From contig NC_083237.1 of NCBI RefSeq assembly GCF_032191835.1, forward strand, positions 17,918,001-17,982,000: a stretch of 64,000 nucleotides of DNA, read 5' to 3'. Each line of letters starts with the position of its first letter. Position 1 is the first letter of the stretch. Shown piece by piece: positions 22,821 to 34,560 of this stretch. The DNA is from Heteronotia binoei. Its lineage: Eukaryota. A model generated the notes under the pieces. It made no database searches. It saw nothing but the letters and a program-made list of their open reading frames with translations, and was not told the DNA's origin. A program made the position numbers and the translations under genes.

Positions 22821-22928
22821 AAGTACACAATAGCTGATATTTGGGATAACATGATCTCATCAGATCATGAAAGCTAAGCAAGATTGATACTTGGAGACAA
22901 CCAAGAAAGGCTGCGCTCACATGCACTA

Positions 22929-23325
22929 AATCATAGAATCATAGAGCTGGAAGGGATCTCCAGGGTCATCTAGTCCAATCCCCTGCACAATGCAGGAAAC
23001 TCACAAATACCTTCCCCTAAATTCACAGGATCTTCATTGCTGTCAGATGGCCATCTAGCCTCTGTTCAAAAACCTCCAAGGAAGGAGTGCTCTCCCACCT
23101 CCTGAGGAAGCCTGTTCCACTGAGGAACCACTCTAACTGTCAGGAAGTTCTTCCTAACGTTGAGCCACAAACTCTTATGATTTAATTTCAACCCATTGGT
23201 TCTGGCCCTACCTTCTGGGGCCACAGAAAACATTTCCACATCACGCTCTACATATGACAGCCCTTCAAGTACTTGAAGATGGTGGTCATATCACCTCTCA
23301 GCCTCCTCCTCTCCAGGCTAAACTA
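22929..23325 (-). mobile_element. CR1 LINE 3' end
   Basis: Reverse of (ATTCTATG)n tail and CR1 3' UTR. Confidence 0.8.
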
Positions 23326-23574
23326 AATAATGCGTTTTCAATCTACTTTCAATGTGCTTTCCAACTGGATTATACTTGTGTGAATTGGCAAAATCCAGTT
23401 GGAAAGGGCACTGAAAGTGAATTGAAAGTGCATTATTTAGTGAGTGTGATTGCAGCCAAAGACTCTGCAAAGGAAAGCATTGGTAAACCAGCTCTCCTTC
23501 TCACTTACCTTGAAAGCCTTTTGCTGGGGTTGCCATAAGCTGGCTGTGACCTCTTGGCACTAATATATATGCAC

Positions 23575-23853
23575 TTCCAGTTTGGTGTAGCGGTTAAGTG
23601 TGTGGACTCTTATCTGGGAGAACCAGGTTTGATTCCCCACTCCTCCACTTGCAGTTGCTGGAATGGCCTTGGGTTAGCCATAACTCTCACAGAGCTGTCT
23701 TTGAAAGGGCAGTTTCTGGGAGAGCTCTCTCAGCCCCACCCACCTCACAGGGTGCCTGTTGTGTTTGGGGCGGGGGGAAGGTAAAAGAGATTGTGACCAC
23801 TCTGGGATTCAGAGTATAGGGTGGGATATAAATCCAATTTCTTCTTCTTCTTC
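23575..23853 (+). mobile_element. Squam3-like SINE
   Basis: Head and (CTT)n tail. Confidence 0.75.
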
Positions 23854-24274
23854 CCTGAATAATAGGATTTCCCAACTTTTTGTATTTTTTTCCTCTTAAG
23901 GCTTCTATACACACACACAAAGGAGAAAGAATGCTGGACCTCAAAAGAGGACCTTTTGGTTCAAATTCTGGCTCACCCATGAAGCTGACTAGGTATGGTC
24001 TATAAGGCTAAATTATCTCACAAGGTCATTATGAGTAATAAAAAGGGCTAGACCCCCGCTCATTTCCTTGGATGACACATGGAAGGGAACCACAACAGAT
24101 ACAGTGTCTAGAAGTCCAGATGCTCGTCAGACCAGACATGGGTGTTTCTCCTGCATGGCTCGTTATTGCTATAGCTCCTTCTGCCTTTTTAAATACAGCT
24201 AACATCTCTTCTGTTTCCCATAAGTCAACTGGTAGATATTTCATTCATGCTCTCCCTCACACGCACACCTTTTC

Positions 24275-24648
24275 AACCTGTTCAGGGCATTCTTGAACAG
24301 TTCCGCAGGGCCTGCAAAACAGCCCTCTTCCGGGTGGCATACAATTAATTGTTATCGGAATGCCTGTACACCCAAATCTCGAACACCAGATTATTTAATA
24401 CTGGAATATTGAAGAATTGATCTAAGGAAGGCAGCATAGTACATACTGAAGTGAGTTTTATGTGTTTTTATGTATTTTATATGTATTTTAGGTATTTTAT
24501 TGTATAATTATAATTATTAACGTATTATTAATGTATTTAAATTGATTTTGTTGGTTTTTATGTTGTAAGCCGCCCTGAGCCCACCTCGGTGGGGTAGGGC
24601 GGGATATAAATCGAATAAAATAAATAAATAAATAAATAAATAAATAAA
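24275..24648 (+). mobile_element. L2-like LINE 3' end with (TAAA)n tail
   Basis: ttccgcagggcctgcaaaac..; gtaagccgccctgagcc tail. Confidence 0.7.
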
Positions 24649-25458
24649 TTCTCCACTCCTCCATCTTATCATCACAACAACCTTGTGAGGTAGGGTAGGC
24701 GAAAGGAGTTCAACTGGCTGAAGATCAGCCAGGGAATTTCATGGCTAAGTAAGGATCAGCACCCAGGCCTTCCGAGGTATAGTCAGTAACCAAACGGATA
24801 CACCATACTGGCACTTGGTTGGACTTCACCATCTTCTAAGAGCCAGCCTTTACATGGTTTTGAAACCAGGACATGACTTGCAATAGACAAAGAAGCAGAG
24901 TTGGGTGGGTGGTCTCTTTTATGACTTACTGAATGACAGTGTGGACTCATACCAGGATTTGTGCACATTTCTAAGTTAACAAACGCAAATACAAAACACT
25001 TTCCAGCCTCAACAGTCTTAGATGAAATATGCCAGTTCAGTTTTCACTGGTATTCAAGTCAAGGCCTTCAAAGGTGGTTCGTCATTTTCTTCCTCTGCTT
25101 AGCAACCCCAGCCTTCCTTAGTGGTCCCCAATCTGAGTACTAACCAAGGACTTGGCAATAAGGTTATTAAAATTCTCATCTGTTAGCAGATCACAGATTT
25201 CCCATTGATTCCTTTGAAGACCCATCAGGAAAGAAGGCGGTTTATGGCTCCAGGTCTTTTCCCTACCTTCCCCTACCATTATAAATGTTTATAGAAGTTT
25301 CCTGAGGCCCAAAGAGGAAGAACAAGCAGCCAGCCACCCTTTGATTATACTGGGATCCCATTCCGTATTGCTTGCATTCCAGTTGCTCTATTTACTCAGA
25401 AGCAGCTCCTACTTTCTGGATCCTGCCCCTTGAAGAGAACAGCTAGCAGTAGGTTTTT

Positions 25459-25795
25459 ACTCAGCCTTCCATCCTTCCGAGGTTGGTAAAATGAATACCC
25501 AGCTTGCTGGGGGGGGGGGGGAAGTGTAGATCAGGGGTGGCCAACGGTAGCTCTCCAGATGTTTTTTGCCTACAACCCTCATCAGCCCCAGCCAGCATGG
25601 CCAATGGCTGGGGCTGACGGGAGTTGTAGGCAAAAAACATCAGGAGAGCTACCGTTGGCCACCCCTAGTGTAGATGACTGGGGAAGACAATGGCAAACCA
25701 CCTCGTAAAAAGTCTGCCATGAAAACGTTGTGATGCGACGTCACCCTAGAGTCGGAAACAACTGGTGCTTGCACAGGGGACTACCTTTACTTTTT
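25459..25795 (+). mobile_element. 5'-truncated Sauria SINE with a nested 136-bp MITE (25532-25667)
   Basis: Sauria body; MITE TSD GTGTAGAT. Confidence 0.85.
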
Positions 25796-27059
25796 TCCTC
25801 CTCTACCCTAAAAAGTCTCAAAATGGCTTACAATTGCCTTCCCTTCCTCTCCCCACAGCAGTCTCCTTGTGAGGGAGGTGGGGCTGAGAGAGTTCTATGA
25901 CTGGCCCGAGGTTAGTCAGCAGGCTTCATGTGGAGAAGTGGGGAATCAAACTCAGTTCTCTAGAGTCCACCATTCTTTACCACTTATACCACACTCAGTC
26001 TCAAACTGGGCCTTGCAAACCACTATATTTATTTTGTCCATCTTCCTCTCTTTTGGGAAATGCTTTGCTAAATAGCTTGGGCTATGGATTGCTAGAGAGC
26101 CACCTTAGGAGTGGATGAGGAAAAGGAAGGGGTCATTTCATAGAAGAAGTGCCAGAGCAAATTAGCACAACTAATTTGCATATACCACACACCCCTGACA
26201 TCACCAGAAGATGTACTAAATTATATCCACTCAGTATCTATCTTAAAATGCTTCTTGAATTATAATGGTCATAATCAAACCCTCCTCCCATCATACTTTT
26301 AACATTGCTTTCTCCTCTGTGGCCACAGTGGCACGAGGAAGATTTCCATCCGTCTGCTTGATATGTTTTGGATATTAGAAAGTTTGTCAGATCTTTGAAT
26401 TCAGCAAAATTCTCAGAGGGGTTTGAAAAATGGAGCCCCAAAGCAAGGGAGTTTTTTGAGGGGGTGGGGAGAGAAAACCGAGCACAATAAAACTTAAGAG
26501 GTTCTGGAGCTCCGCTCCTGTGAGCTCCTGCCCAAAATGAGGCATGGGAAAAGGTAAAAATAATTAAAGATACAAATGTTTGGGGTTCACTCCCTGCTCA
26601 GAACTTATAGAGATTAAATCTCCGAGTGAGGGGCATTTTGCCTCTAAGGCATGAATTCTGAGGAGCCAGGAAGGGAACAGAAGGCTGCTAAATTCTGTGC
26701 TGGAAGACAGGTATAGTACCTTCACACTGAGAAAAATGTTGCCAGCAATAAATTCCATCAGGTTTTCTAGCCTGACCAGGGCTTTGCTCTACTCAAAACC
26801 AGCATACACTTTATTTATTAGATAAATTTGTGTCCTGGTAAGAACAACTAGTTTATGTAACCAGGAACCATCCTGTTTAGAAGCACTCTACCTTTACCCA
26901 TCAGACGCGGGTGATGAACAGCGGGAGTTGTCCTTCTCTTTGCCTGCAAGAAGTTCTGAAGCCACACAGGACAGCTGGCCAGGAAGTCCATCACAGAGCA
27001 AATTTTAGCAGATGCAGCTTTCCATGAAGGGTTGAGAAAAGGTGTATGATTTGTAGGTA

Positions 27060-27545
27060 CCCAGTTTGGTGTAGTGGTTAAGCGTGCGGACTCTTATCTG
27101 GGAGAACCGGGTTTGATTCCCCACTCCTCCACTTGTAGCTGCTGGAATGGCCTTGGGTCAGCCATAGCTCTGGCAGAGGTCGTCCTTGAAAGGTCAGCTT
27201 CTGGGAGAGAGCTCTCAACCCCACCTACCTCACAGGCAGTGTTCCCTCTAAGCTGAGTTAGTCTGAGCTAGCTCACAGTTCCTTAGCCTCCAGCTCACAC
27301 ATTTTTGTCTTAGCTCAGGAAAAATGGTCCCAGAGCAAACTAATTTATGCAGTAGCTCACAACTTGAATGCCAGTAGCTCATTAAGCAGAATTTTTGCTC
27401 ACAAGACTCCACAGCTTAGAGGGAACATTGCTCGCAGGGTGTCTGTTGTGGGGGATGAAGGTATAGGATATTGTGAGCCATTCTGAGATCCTGAGATTCA
27501 GAGTGGAGGGTGGAAAATAAACCCAATATCTTCATCTTCTTCTCT
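27060..27545 (+). mobile_element. Squam3-like SINE with a nested hAT MITE (27237-27430)
   Basis: MITE TSD ctc(a/g)cagg. Confidence 0.8.
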
Positions 27546-28079
27546 CCAGCATCTGGTCACCTGTGTGGGAGATCCTGCAGGAAATGTGCCTCTCCCTTGG
27601 ACTTCCATGTGAGTGATGGGACTGAAGTCTTCTGAAGGAGACCAAGCAAGAACAAAACATCTCAGCCTGGCATGAGCAGCACCCTAGAGTAGACCCAATG
27701 AACAAGGCTTGGTTTGAGGGGGGCCAACCACTCATAATGAAGGAAAACCAGAAAGTTTAAGGGGGGATCCTTTGCAGAGAGGAAATATTCTAGAAGTTGT
27801 TGCCAGTGAAAGGCATTGTGGTATAGTTCCAAATCAATGTGTTCTGAGGAGAAAATAATAGGGAATCATGTCACATCAGAACACTTTTTCCAGTTATCCA
27901 AAACTACCTGGTGCTCGTTCAAAAGACCCATATCTCAGAGAATAGGAAGATAGTATTTGGTGTCTGTGATGGGGAAGGGCTTTAAGAGCCCCAGATTCTA
28001 ATGTCACACACTTCCGTTTGCCGGGTTGACTTTAGACACCCAGTAAGAAGAAGGGAAGGCGGCGAACTTATAAGGAGAT

Positions 28080-28270
28080 AAGAAAGACTGACCTACCTGT
28101 CAGTGCTTTGATGAGAAAAGAGAGGTCCTCAGCTATCACAAATCCCATCATGAAATTGTCTCTGGCCTTTTAGGAAAGCCCCACAACAGAACAGACATGC
28201 TTGACGGCTGGGTTGGAAGAATGCCCAGCCCAGTATTCAGGGACCTTGTTTAAAATAAAAAGTTAGCAGC
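28080..28270 (-). promoter_or_regulatory. Putative promoter and non-coding exon 1 of A3
   Basis: Homologous to the A1/A2 blocks; degenerate composite at about 28234-28267; AG|GTAGGT donor at 28096-28091. Confidence 0.58.
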
Positions 28271-28489
28271 AGCTGAACAGGGAGGAGGGAAGAGAGGAGA
28301 ATGAACCGGCTATTCCCAGTTCAATGTAGAATGGCCCAATTACTTGAGTCACCTGTGATATGACTCCCTCCCCCTAATTCTTCTAGCAAAAAGGTGTTTT
28401 TGTTTCATGAAAAGGGGGACGGGGGGTCTGAACACTGGCTTTTGCACCAGTGTCTTCAAGAACACATCAGTAGGCTTGTCAAGTCCAGG

Positions 28490-28735
28490 CTGAATCTCAG
28501 AGTCTCAGAGCGGCTTACAATCTCCATTACCTTCCTCCCTCCTCCCCCTCCGCAACAGACACCCTGTGAGGTAGGTGAGGCTGAGAGAGCTCTCACAGAA
28601 GCTGCCCTTTCAAGGACAACTCTGCGAGAGTTAAGGCTGACCCAAGGCCATTCCAGCAGCTGCAAATGGAGCTGTGGGGAATCGGTTCTCCCAGATAAGA
28701 ATCCGCACACTTAACCACTACACCAAACTGGCTCC
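28490..28735 (-). mobile_element. Squam3-like SINE
   Basis: Same consensus as other copies. Confidence 0.72.
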
Positions 28736-29189
28736 TTATGGCGGAGGGGGCTCAGTGGGGTACAATGCCATCCAGTTCACACACTCAAAAGCTGCCATTT
28801 CCTCCCCGAGAACTGATTTCTGTAGTCTAGAGATGAGCTGTAATTTCAGGAGACCTCAAGATCCCACCTGGAGACTTGCCACTCTACATATTCGATTGCT
28901 TGTAATAGTAACACATGATGGCCCTTAAATGTTTGAATTATTTTTATGCATGTGTGCATGTGCGCCTGGAAGTCATGGCAATCTTTGGTGACTGACCCCC
29001 ACTGGGGGGCCTGGAGGATATTCAGGGAGGTGGCTGAATAAAGCCTGACCCTGTACTCCCAGCTACATGTATTCCAAGGAGGTCTCCCATCCAAGTATTT
29101 GCCAGTCTGCCCTGCTTAGCTTCTCAGATCTGACGAGATCAGGCTTGCCTGGGCTATTCCAGGGCAGGGCAGAACACAGGGCCCTTGAA

Positions 29190-29878
29190 ATCACTTCACA
29201 ATCATATTTCAGCAGCCAGTATCATAATGCCCCTGTCTCAATCAACAATGCGGCCTCATTTGGAGCACTGTGTGCATTCTGGTCACCGCACCTCAAAAAA
29301 AGATATTAAAGCATTGGGAAAAGTCCAGAAAAGGGCAACTAGAATGATTAAAGGGTTGGAACACTTTCCTCATAAAGAAAGGTTGAAACGCTTGCGGCTC
29401 TTTAGCTTGGAGAAACGTCGACTGCGGGGTGACATGATATGCATGGGATGGAGAAAGTAGAGAAAGAAGTACTTTTCTCTCTCTCACACAATACGAGAAC
29501 TCATGGACATTCAATGAAATTGCTGAGAATGGTTAGAGCAGAAAAAAGGAAGTACTTCTTCACCCAAAGGGCGATTAACACGTGAAATTTACTGCCACAG
29601 GAGGTGGCGGCGGCTGCAAGCACAGACAGCTTCAAGAGGCGATTTGATAAACATATGGAGCAGAGGTCCATCAGTGGCTATTAGTCACAGCATATTGTTG
29701 GAACTCTCTGCCTGGGCAAATGATGCTCTTGGTGCTTGGGAGGGGTGACAGTGTGAGGACTTCTAGTGTCCTGGCCCCACTGATGGATCTCCTGATGGTA
29801 CTTGGGTTTTTTGGCCATTGTGTGACACAGAGTGTTAGACTGGATGGGCCATTGGCCTGATCCAACATGGCTGCCTGG
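29190..29878 (+). mobile_element. CR1 LINE 3' fragment
   Basis: MRPHLEHCV..KKDI.ALGKVQKRATRMIKGLEH..LEKRRLRGDMI. Confidence 0.85.
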
Positions 29879-29959
29879 CCTGAATACACACAAAACAGGC
29901 ATGGACTTTAAGATCATATCCCATTGCTTTGGCAAAACAGGGCAATCTAGCTCCTTATT

Positions 29960-30362
29960 TAGGGTTGCCAAGTCCCTCCACCACTGTGGTGGGGGACTTC
30001 TCACATGTGTGTTTTGCACACACGTGGCATGATAATGTTAGATGGAGGTGACATTGTGAGCCGCCCTGAGCCACTTCGGTGGGAAGGGCAGGATATAAAT
30101 CAAAATATAAATAAATAAACATCATCACACCGGGCACATTGCATGGGGGATGCTCTAGGAATCGTGATAAAACTCTATGGTACCTAGAGTGTCCCCAGTG
30201 CATTGCATCCAGCGTGACATCACTTCTGGGTGATGTCATCATGCTGTGCAGCAACAGGGTTCCTTGGGGTGGGCATTCCCCGGGCAGCCTCTTCCCTGCC
30301 AGCAGGTTGAGGCTCCCCAAACCAGAGGATCCCCCGCCCCTGGCAGGAGCATGGTAGCCCTA
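29960..30362. mobile_element. hAT element (TAGGGTTGCCA TIR) with an inserted L2-type tail
   Basis: TSD tc(c/a)ttatt. Confidence 0.7.
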
Positions 30363-30829
30363 TCATTATTCCATACATTCCTGAGACGTTTCATATTATA
30401 TTTATTAACTAACATCAAATATCTATAAACAAATTTTAGGTTTTATCTTCTGCATTAGGGTCTCCTGGAGCAGAGTGGACTCTGAAACACTTAATGCCTC
30501 AGGGTCATATTTAAATACCAGTAGATGTTGCAATTGTAAATACTGCCATTCAACAGACATTGCCAAGTCACATCTAGACCTCAGGTGAGAAAATGAGAAA
30601 CATTCATCATCACAGTCTACCAATGGGTCCCGTGTAAAAAATCTCTCTATAAGTGCAAACCTTCCATTTTAAAAAAATCTTCCCGATTTTTAGGTCTGGG
30701 TTAATATAGCATGTGGAAATGGATCAAATGGATATTGTTGTGACTTTATGCACCATTGTTGTCTAGCTGCAGAAACTTCAGGAGGAATGGGATTCACTCT
30801 ACCAGTTGCAGAGGCATTCCACTTAGAGA

Positions 30830-31590
30830 GGGACATCAGACTCTTTTGGGCTGTATTAACAGAAATACAGTGTCCAGATCATGCGAAGTGATGGTATTGC
30901 TTTACTCTGCTCTGGTAAGACCTCACTTGGAGTATTGTGTTCAGATTTGGGCACCACATTTTAAAGATATAGCGGGGTGGCCAACGGTAGCTCTCCAGAT
31001 GTTTTTTGCCTACAACTCCCATCAGCCCCAGCCATTGGCCATGCTGGCTGGGGCTGATGGGAGCTGTAGGCAAAAAACATCTGGAGAGCTACCGTTGGCC
31101 ACCCCTGAGATATAGACATGCTGGAACGGTCCAGAGGAGGGCAATGAAGATGGTGAGAGGTCTGGAGATCAAGTCCTATGAAGAAAGGTTGAAGGAGCTG
31201 GGCATGTTTAACTTGGAGAGGAGGCGGCTGAGGGGTGACATGACCACTATATTCAAGTACTTGAAGGGCTGTAATATTGAGGATGGTATGGAATTATTTT
31301 CTGTGGCCCCAGAAGGTAGGACCAGAACCAGTGGGTTGAAATTAAATCAGAAGAGTTTCCGGCTCAACATTAAGAAGAACTTCCTGACCGTTAGAGCGGT
31401 TCCTCAGTGGAACAGGCTTCCTCAGGAGATGGTGGGCTCTCCTTCCTTGGAAGTTTTTAAACAGAGGCTAGATGGCCATCTGACAGCAGTGCAGATCCTG
31501 TGACTTTAAGGGGAAGTGTTTGTAAATTTCCTGCATTGTGCAGGGGGTTGGACTAGATGACCCTGGAGGTCCCTTCCAACTCTATGATTC
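30830..31590 (+). mobile_element. CR1 LINE 3' fragment with a nested MITE (30973-31107)
   Basis: [29 protein letters not shown]; MITE TSD AGATATAG. Confidence 0.87.
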
Positions 31591-31896
31591 TAAGAAATCT
31601 CCAAAAGAGTTCAAGACAGACAGAGGCTTTACTGTTCTTCCAGGGCTAAGCTCTGCTGCAAGGCTGAGCAAGACGTCAGGCCAATTCCATTGCACAATAC
31701 ATAATCACAGCTGGCCTTTGCCATTCAGCACATGCCAAGGACTGCAATGCCCAGTATATAAGCAGAAGATCTAAACAGGAGGGCAGTACTGGAGCAAATC
31801 TTTTCCTCCTTAGCTGGAAAGCCATGCTGGACTTCATATGACCTGTTGTCCTGGCTGTGTATTTCTCATGAGGCCCTCAGCTGTGCAGTGTCCATG

Positions 31897-32943
31897 TTAG
31901 ACAACTGGCAGCTGTGATGTCAGTTGAAGGCCTGGCCCACCTGGAAATCTGTTCCTCTGGTGTCGAGAGGACATCACCCTTCCTGCTGGAATAGTAGGAA
32001 CCTGAGCAGAGACCTGCATGGAATGTCTGGCCAGCAACTTCCCCGTGGCAGATTTCATTTCTTTGCTCTTTGGAGTATAGACAGCTGGGTTTAGCAATGG
32101 GGTGATGGTGATGGAGAAGACTGAGAATGCTTTATCATTTGCGAACCTGGTGAATGGATGCAGGTAAATAAATATACAGGGCCCAAAGTACATGGTGACC
32201 ACAATGAGGTGAGAAGTGCAGGTGGAGATGGCCTTGGAATTCCCTTCAGAAAGAGCTCTGGAACGGATTGCTGAGAGAATGAGTCCATAGGAGATGAACA
32301 AAGTAATGAACCCAACCAGAGAGATGATACCACTGTTGGTCACCATCATGATCTCCAGGGGATAGACGTCAACACAGGCCAACTTGATGACCAAGGGGAT
32401 GTCACAGAAGAAGCTGTCCAGATGGTTGGGCCCACAGAAGGGGACATTAATGGTGAAGCTCAACTGCACACTGGTGTGGAGGAGCCCTCCAGCCCAGGAG
32501 GCCAGCAAAAGCCCCACACAATGGCGTTGACTCATGAGTGAGGCATAGTGGGGCGGATGGCAGATGGCCATATAGCAGTCATAGGCCATAGTCATGAGTA
32601 GGATCATCTCACTGCCTCCAAACAGGTGGAGGAAGAAGATCTGTGCCATGCAGCCTTGAAAGGAGATGGTCTGATGCTTAACTAGGAAGTCAAAGAGGGC
32701 CCAGGGGATGGCAAAGGAGGACATGAGGAGGTCCAGGAAAGCCATGTGACCCAGAAGAAAGAACATGGGTGAACTGAGAAGATGTTGATTCTGGGAAATT
32801 GCCAAGATGATGAGAAGGTTGATGAAGAGTGTGGCCACATAGAGGACAACGAAGAACACAAATAAGAGGAGGTGGGCTTCCCAAGATGGGGAGAGGCCAA
32901 GGAGGACAAACTCAGTCACTGTGGTCCTGTTTCCCCACGCCAT
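31897..32943 (-). CDS. Olfactory receptor family 4, OR4K-like (B1), 348 aa; open frame but several canonical motifs altered
   Basis: OR4K-type signatures (LSFTINVPFCGPN..DSFFCDIPLVIKLAC, EIMMVTNSG). DRY>DCY, CHPL>CHPP and YxLKN>YTPKS suggest possible loss of function. Confidence 0.88.
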   Translation of the reverse strand: MAWGNRTTVTEFVLLGLSPSWEAHLLLFVFFVVLYVATLFINLLIILAISQNQHLLSSPMFFLLGHMAFLDLLMSSFAIPWALFDFLVKHQTISFQGCMAQIFFLHLFGGSEMILLMTMAYDCYMAICHPPHYASLMSQRHCVGLLLASWAGGLLHTSVQLSFTINVPFCGPNHLDSFFCDIPLVIKLACVDVYPLEIMMVTNSGIISLVGFITLFISYGLILSAIRSRALSEGNSKAISTCTSHLIVVTMYFGPCIFIYLHPFTRFANDKAFSVFSITITPLLNPAVYTPKSKEMKSATGKLLARHSMQVSAQVPTIPAGRVMSSRHQRNRFPGGPGLQLTSQLPVV

Positions 32944-33562
32944 TCACTTCTTACCTCTCACTGAGAAAACTGGGGAAAGAAGAAAAAAATAGTAACGAAT
33001 GACACAGGCTTAGGGTCCAACCACACATGGAAGTGCTTTTGCTTTGCCCAATTTGCTATCACCATTACCAATAATGTTGGCCTTCACCTTTCACATTGTG
33101 GCATGTTTGGGAGCTGTAGGATGCCAGGGGCAGAGCCAGCTCTGCCTAGAAGGCAGGTCAGCTAGAGAGATGGATTTGCAAAAGCAAAGTGTAAATCGGC
33201 GAGCAGATGTTACTCCAGTATTTCTGCACTTCTGCCCATTCTCTGTATCCAAACACCACCCTGAACCTCAAAGCACCAACTGTAATTTTTATGTTTTATT
33301 GTTTTGTGTTATTAGATGCTTCTGTTTTATCATTGATGTTTTTATATTGCCAACTGGCCTGTGAGCCACCCTGAGCCTGCCTTTGGCGGGGAGGGCTGGA
33401 TGTAAATCTAATAACATAAATAAATAAAATAAAGCCATCTCCAGATGCTGTCAGCCTTGGAAGTAAATGCGGGCACAGATGTCTCCTCCTATGGAATTTC
33501 CTGTCCCATTCTTCTCATCTCTGAGCCACCATCCAGCACAGAATGCAACTCTTGCCCTAGAG

Positions 33563-34256
33563 CAGGGGTGGCCAATGATAGCTCTCCAGATGTTTTTTGC
33601 CTACAACTCCCATCAGCCCCAGCCAGCATGGCCAATGGCTGGGGCTGATGGGAGCTGTAGGCCATACCATACCAAACCTTTAATGGCATAATAGATTCAG
33701 ATAAAAATACACGGAATATAAAAATTTAAACATTGGAGATAAAATCAAAATGAAACCGAGCTTACAGATGCATTCAAACATGGTCAGAATTAAATTTAAG
33801 GATGTCAGCCAGAAATTTTGGCACAGCCTCACTAACCACCCCCTCAGTATCACTCAGTAGATAATAACAGGGTGGTAGAATAGACAAATCAGGGGGAAAA
33901 GAAAGCTTGCCAAATAAATCTTTGTGGAGGTTATGGTATTGAGTCAGGAGTATTCGCTCCACAGGAGCAAAGTCTGTCGGCTAAAGGGACTCGCTGATAT
34001 CTCCCTTGTAAAACTTTGGAGGGAAACGCGTTTAGTCTAGCCAACATAAATGCCCTGCGATGACTTGGAGTGGTTAAGTCTGATAGATAATTGGGCTTTT
34101 TGCCACAGAAAGCATAGAGTCCTAAGGAAGCTGGAGAGCAAATATAAGGGTCAGTTGGCTGTAATTTCATTTCCTCCAATTCCCACAGTCTCAATTTAAT
34201 ACATCTGAAGAGTTGTAGGCAAAAAACATCTGGAGAGCTACTGTTGGCCACCCCTG
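33563..34256. mobile_element. 136-bp-family MITE split by a minus-strand non-LTR retrotransposon 3' fragment (33663-34211)
   Basis: MITE halves rejoin at g(c/t)tgtaggc; insert encodes RRAFMLARLNAFPSKVLQGRYQRVPLADRLCSCG and ends attaaaggtttggtatggtatg. Confidence 0.75.
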
Positions 34257-34444
34257 CCCTATACCCATGGTAGGCAACACCCACCACCACAGTGGATTAC
34301 ACCTTCCTAGTCAAGTCCTGATAGTGAGAGTTGGTGCTGCCTAATTTGAGAGGTACATCCAAGGTCTGTGCCATTGGGTCTACTCCAGCACCCCTTCAAT
34401 AAAGTACTAAGAACTAAATGCGTATAAGTTACAACAGGACAAAT

Positions 34445-34560
34445 GCTAATGGAGGAGGAGGAGGAGCAGCAGCAGCAGAAGAAGCAAAAGCAGAAGAAGC
34501 AGCAGCAGAAGAAGAAGAAGTAAAAGCAGAAGCAGAAGCAGAAAAAGCAGCAGAAGAAGA
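34445..34560. repeat. Compound (GGA)/(GCA)/(GAA) microsatellite, expanded SINE tail
   Basis: Directly abuts a minus-strand Squam3-like SINE (about 34500-34770). Confidence 0.85.
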
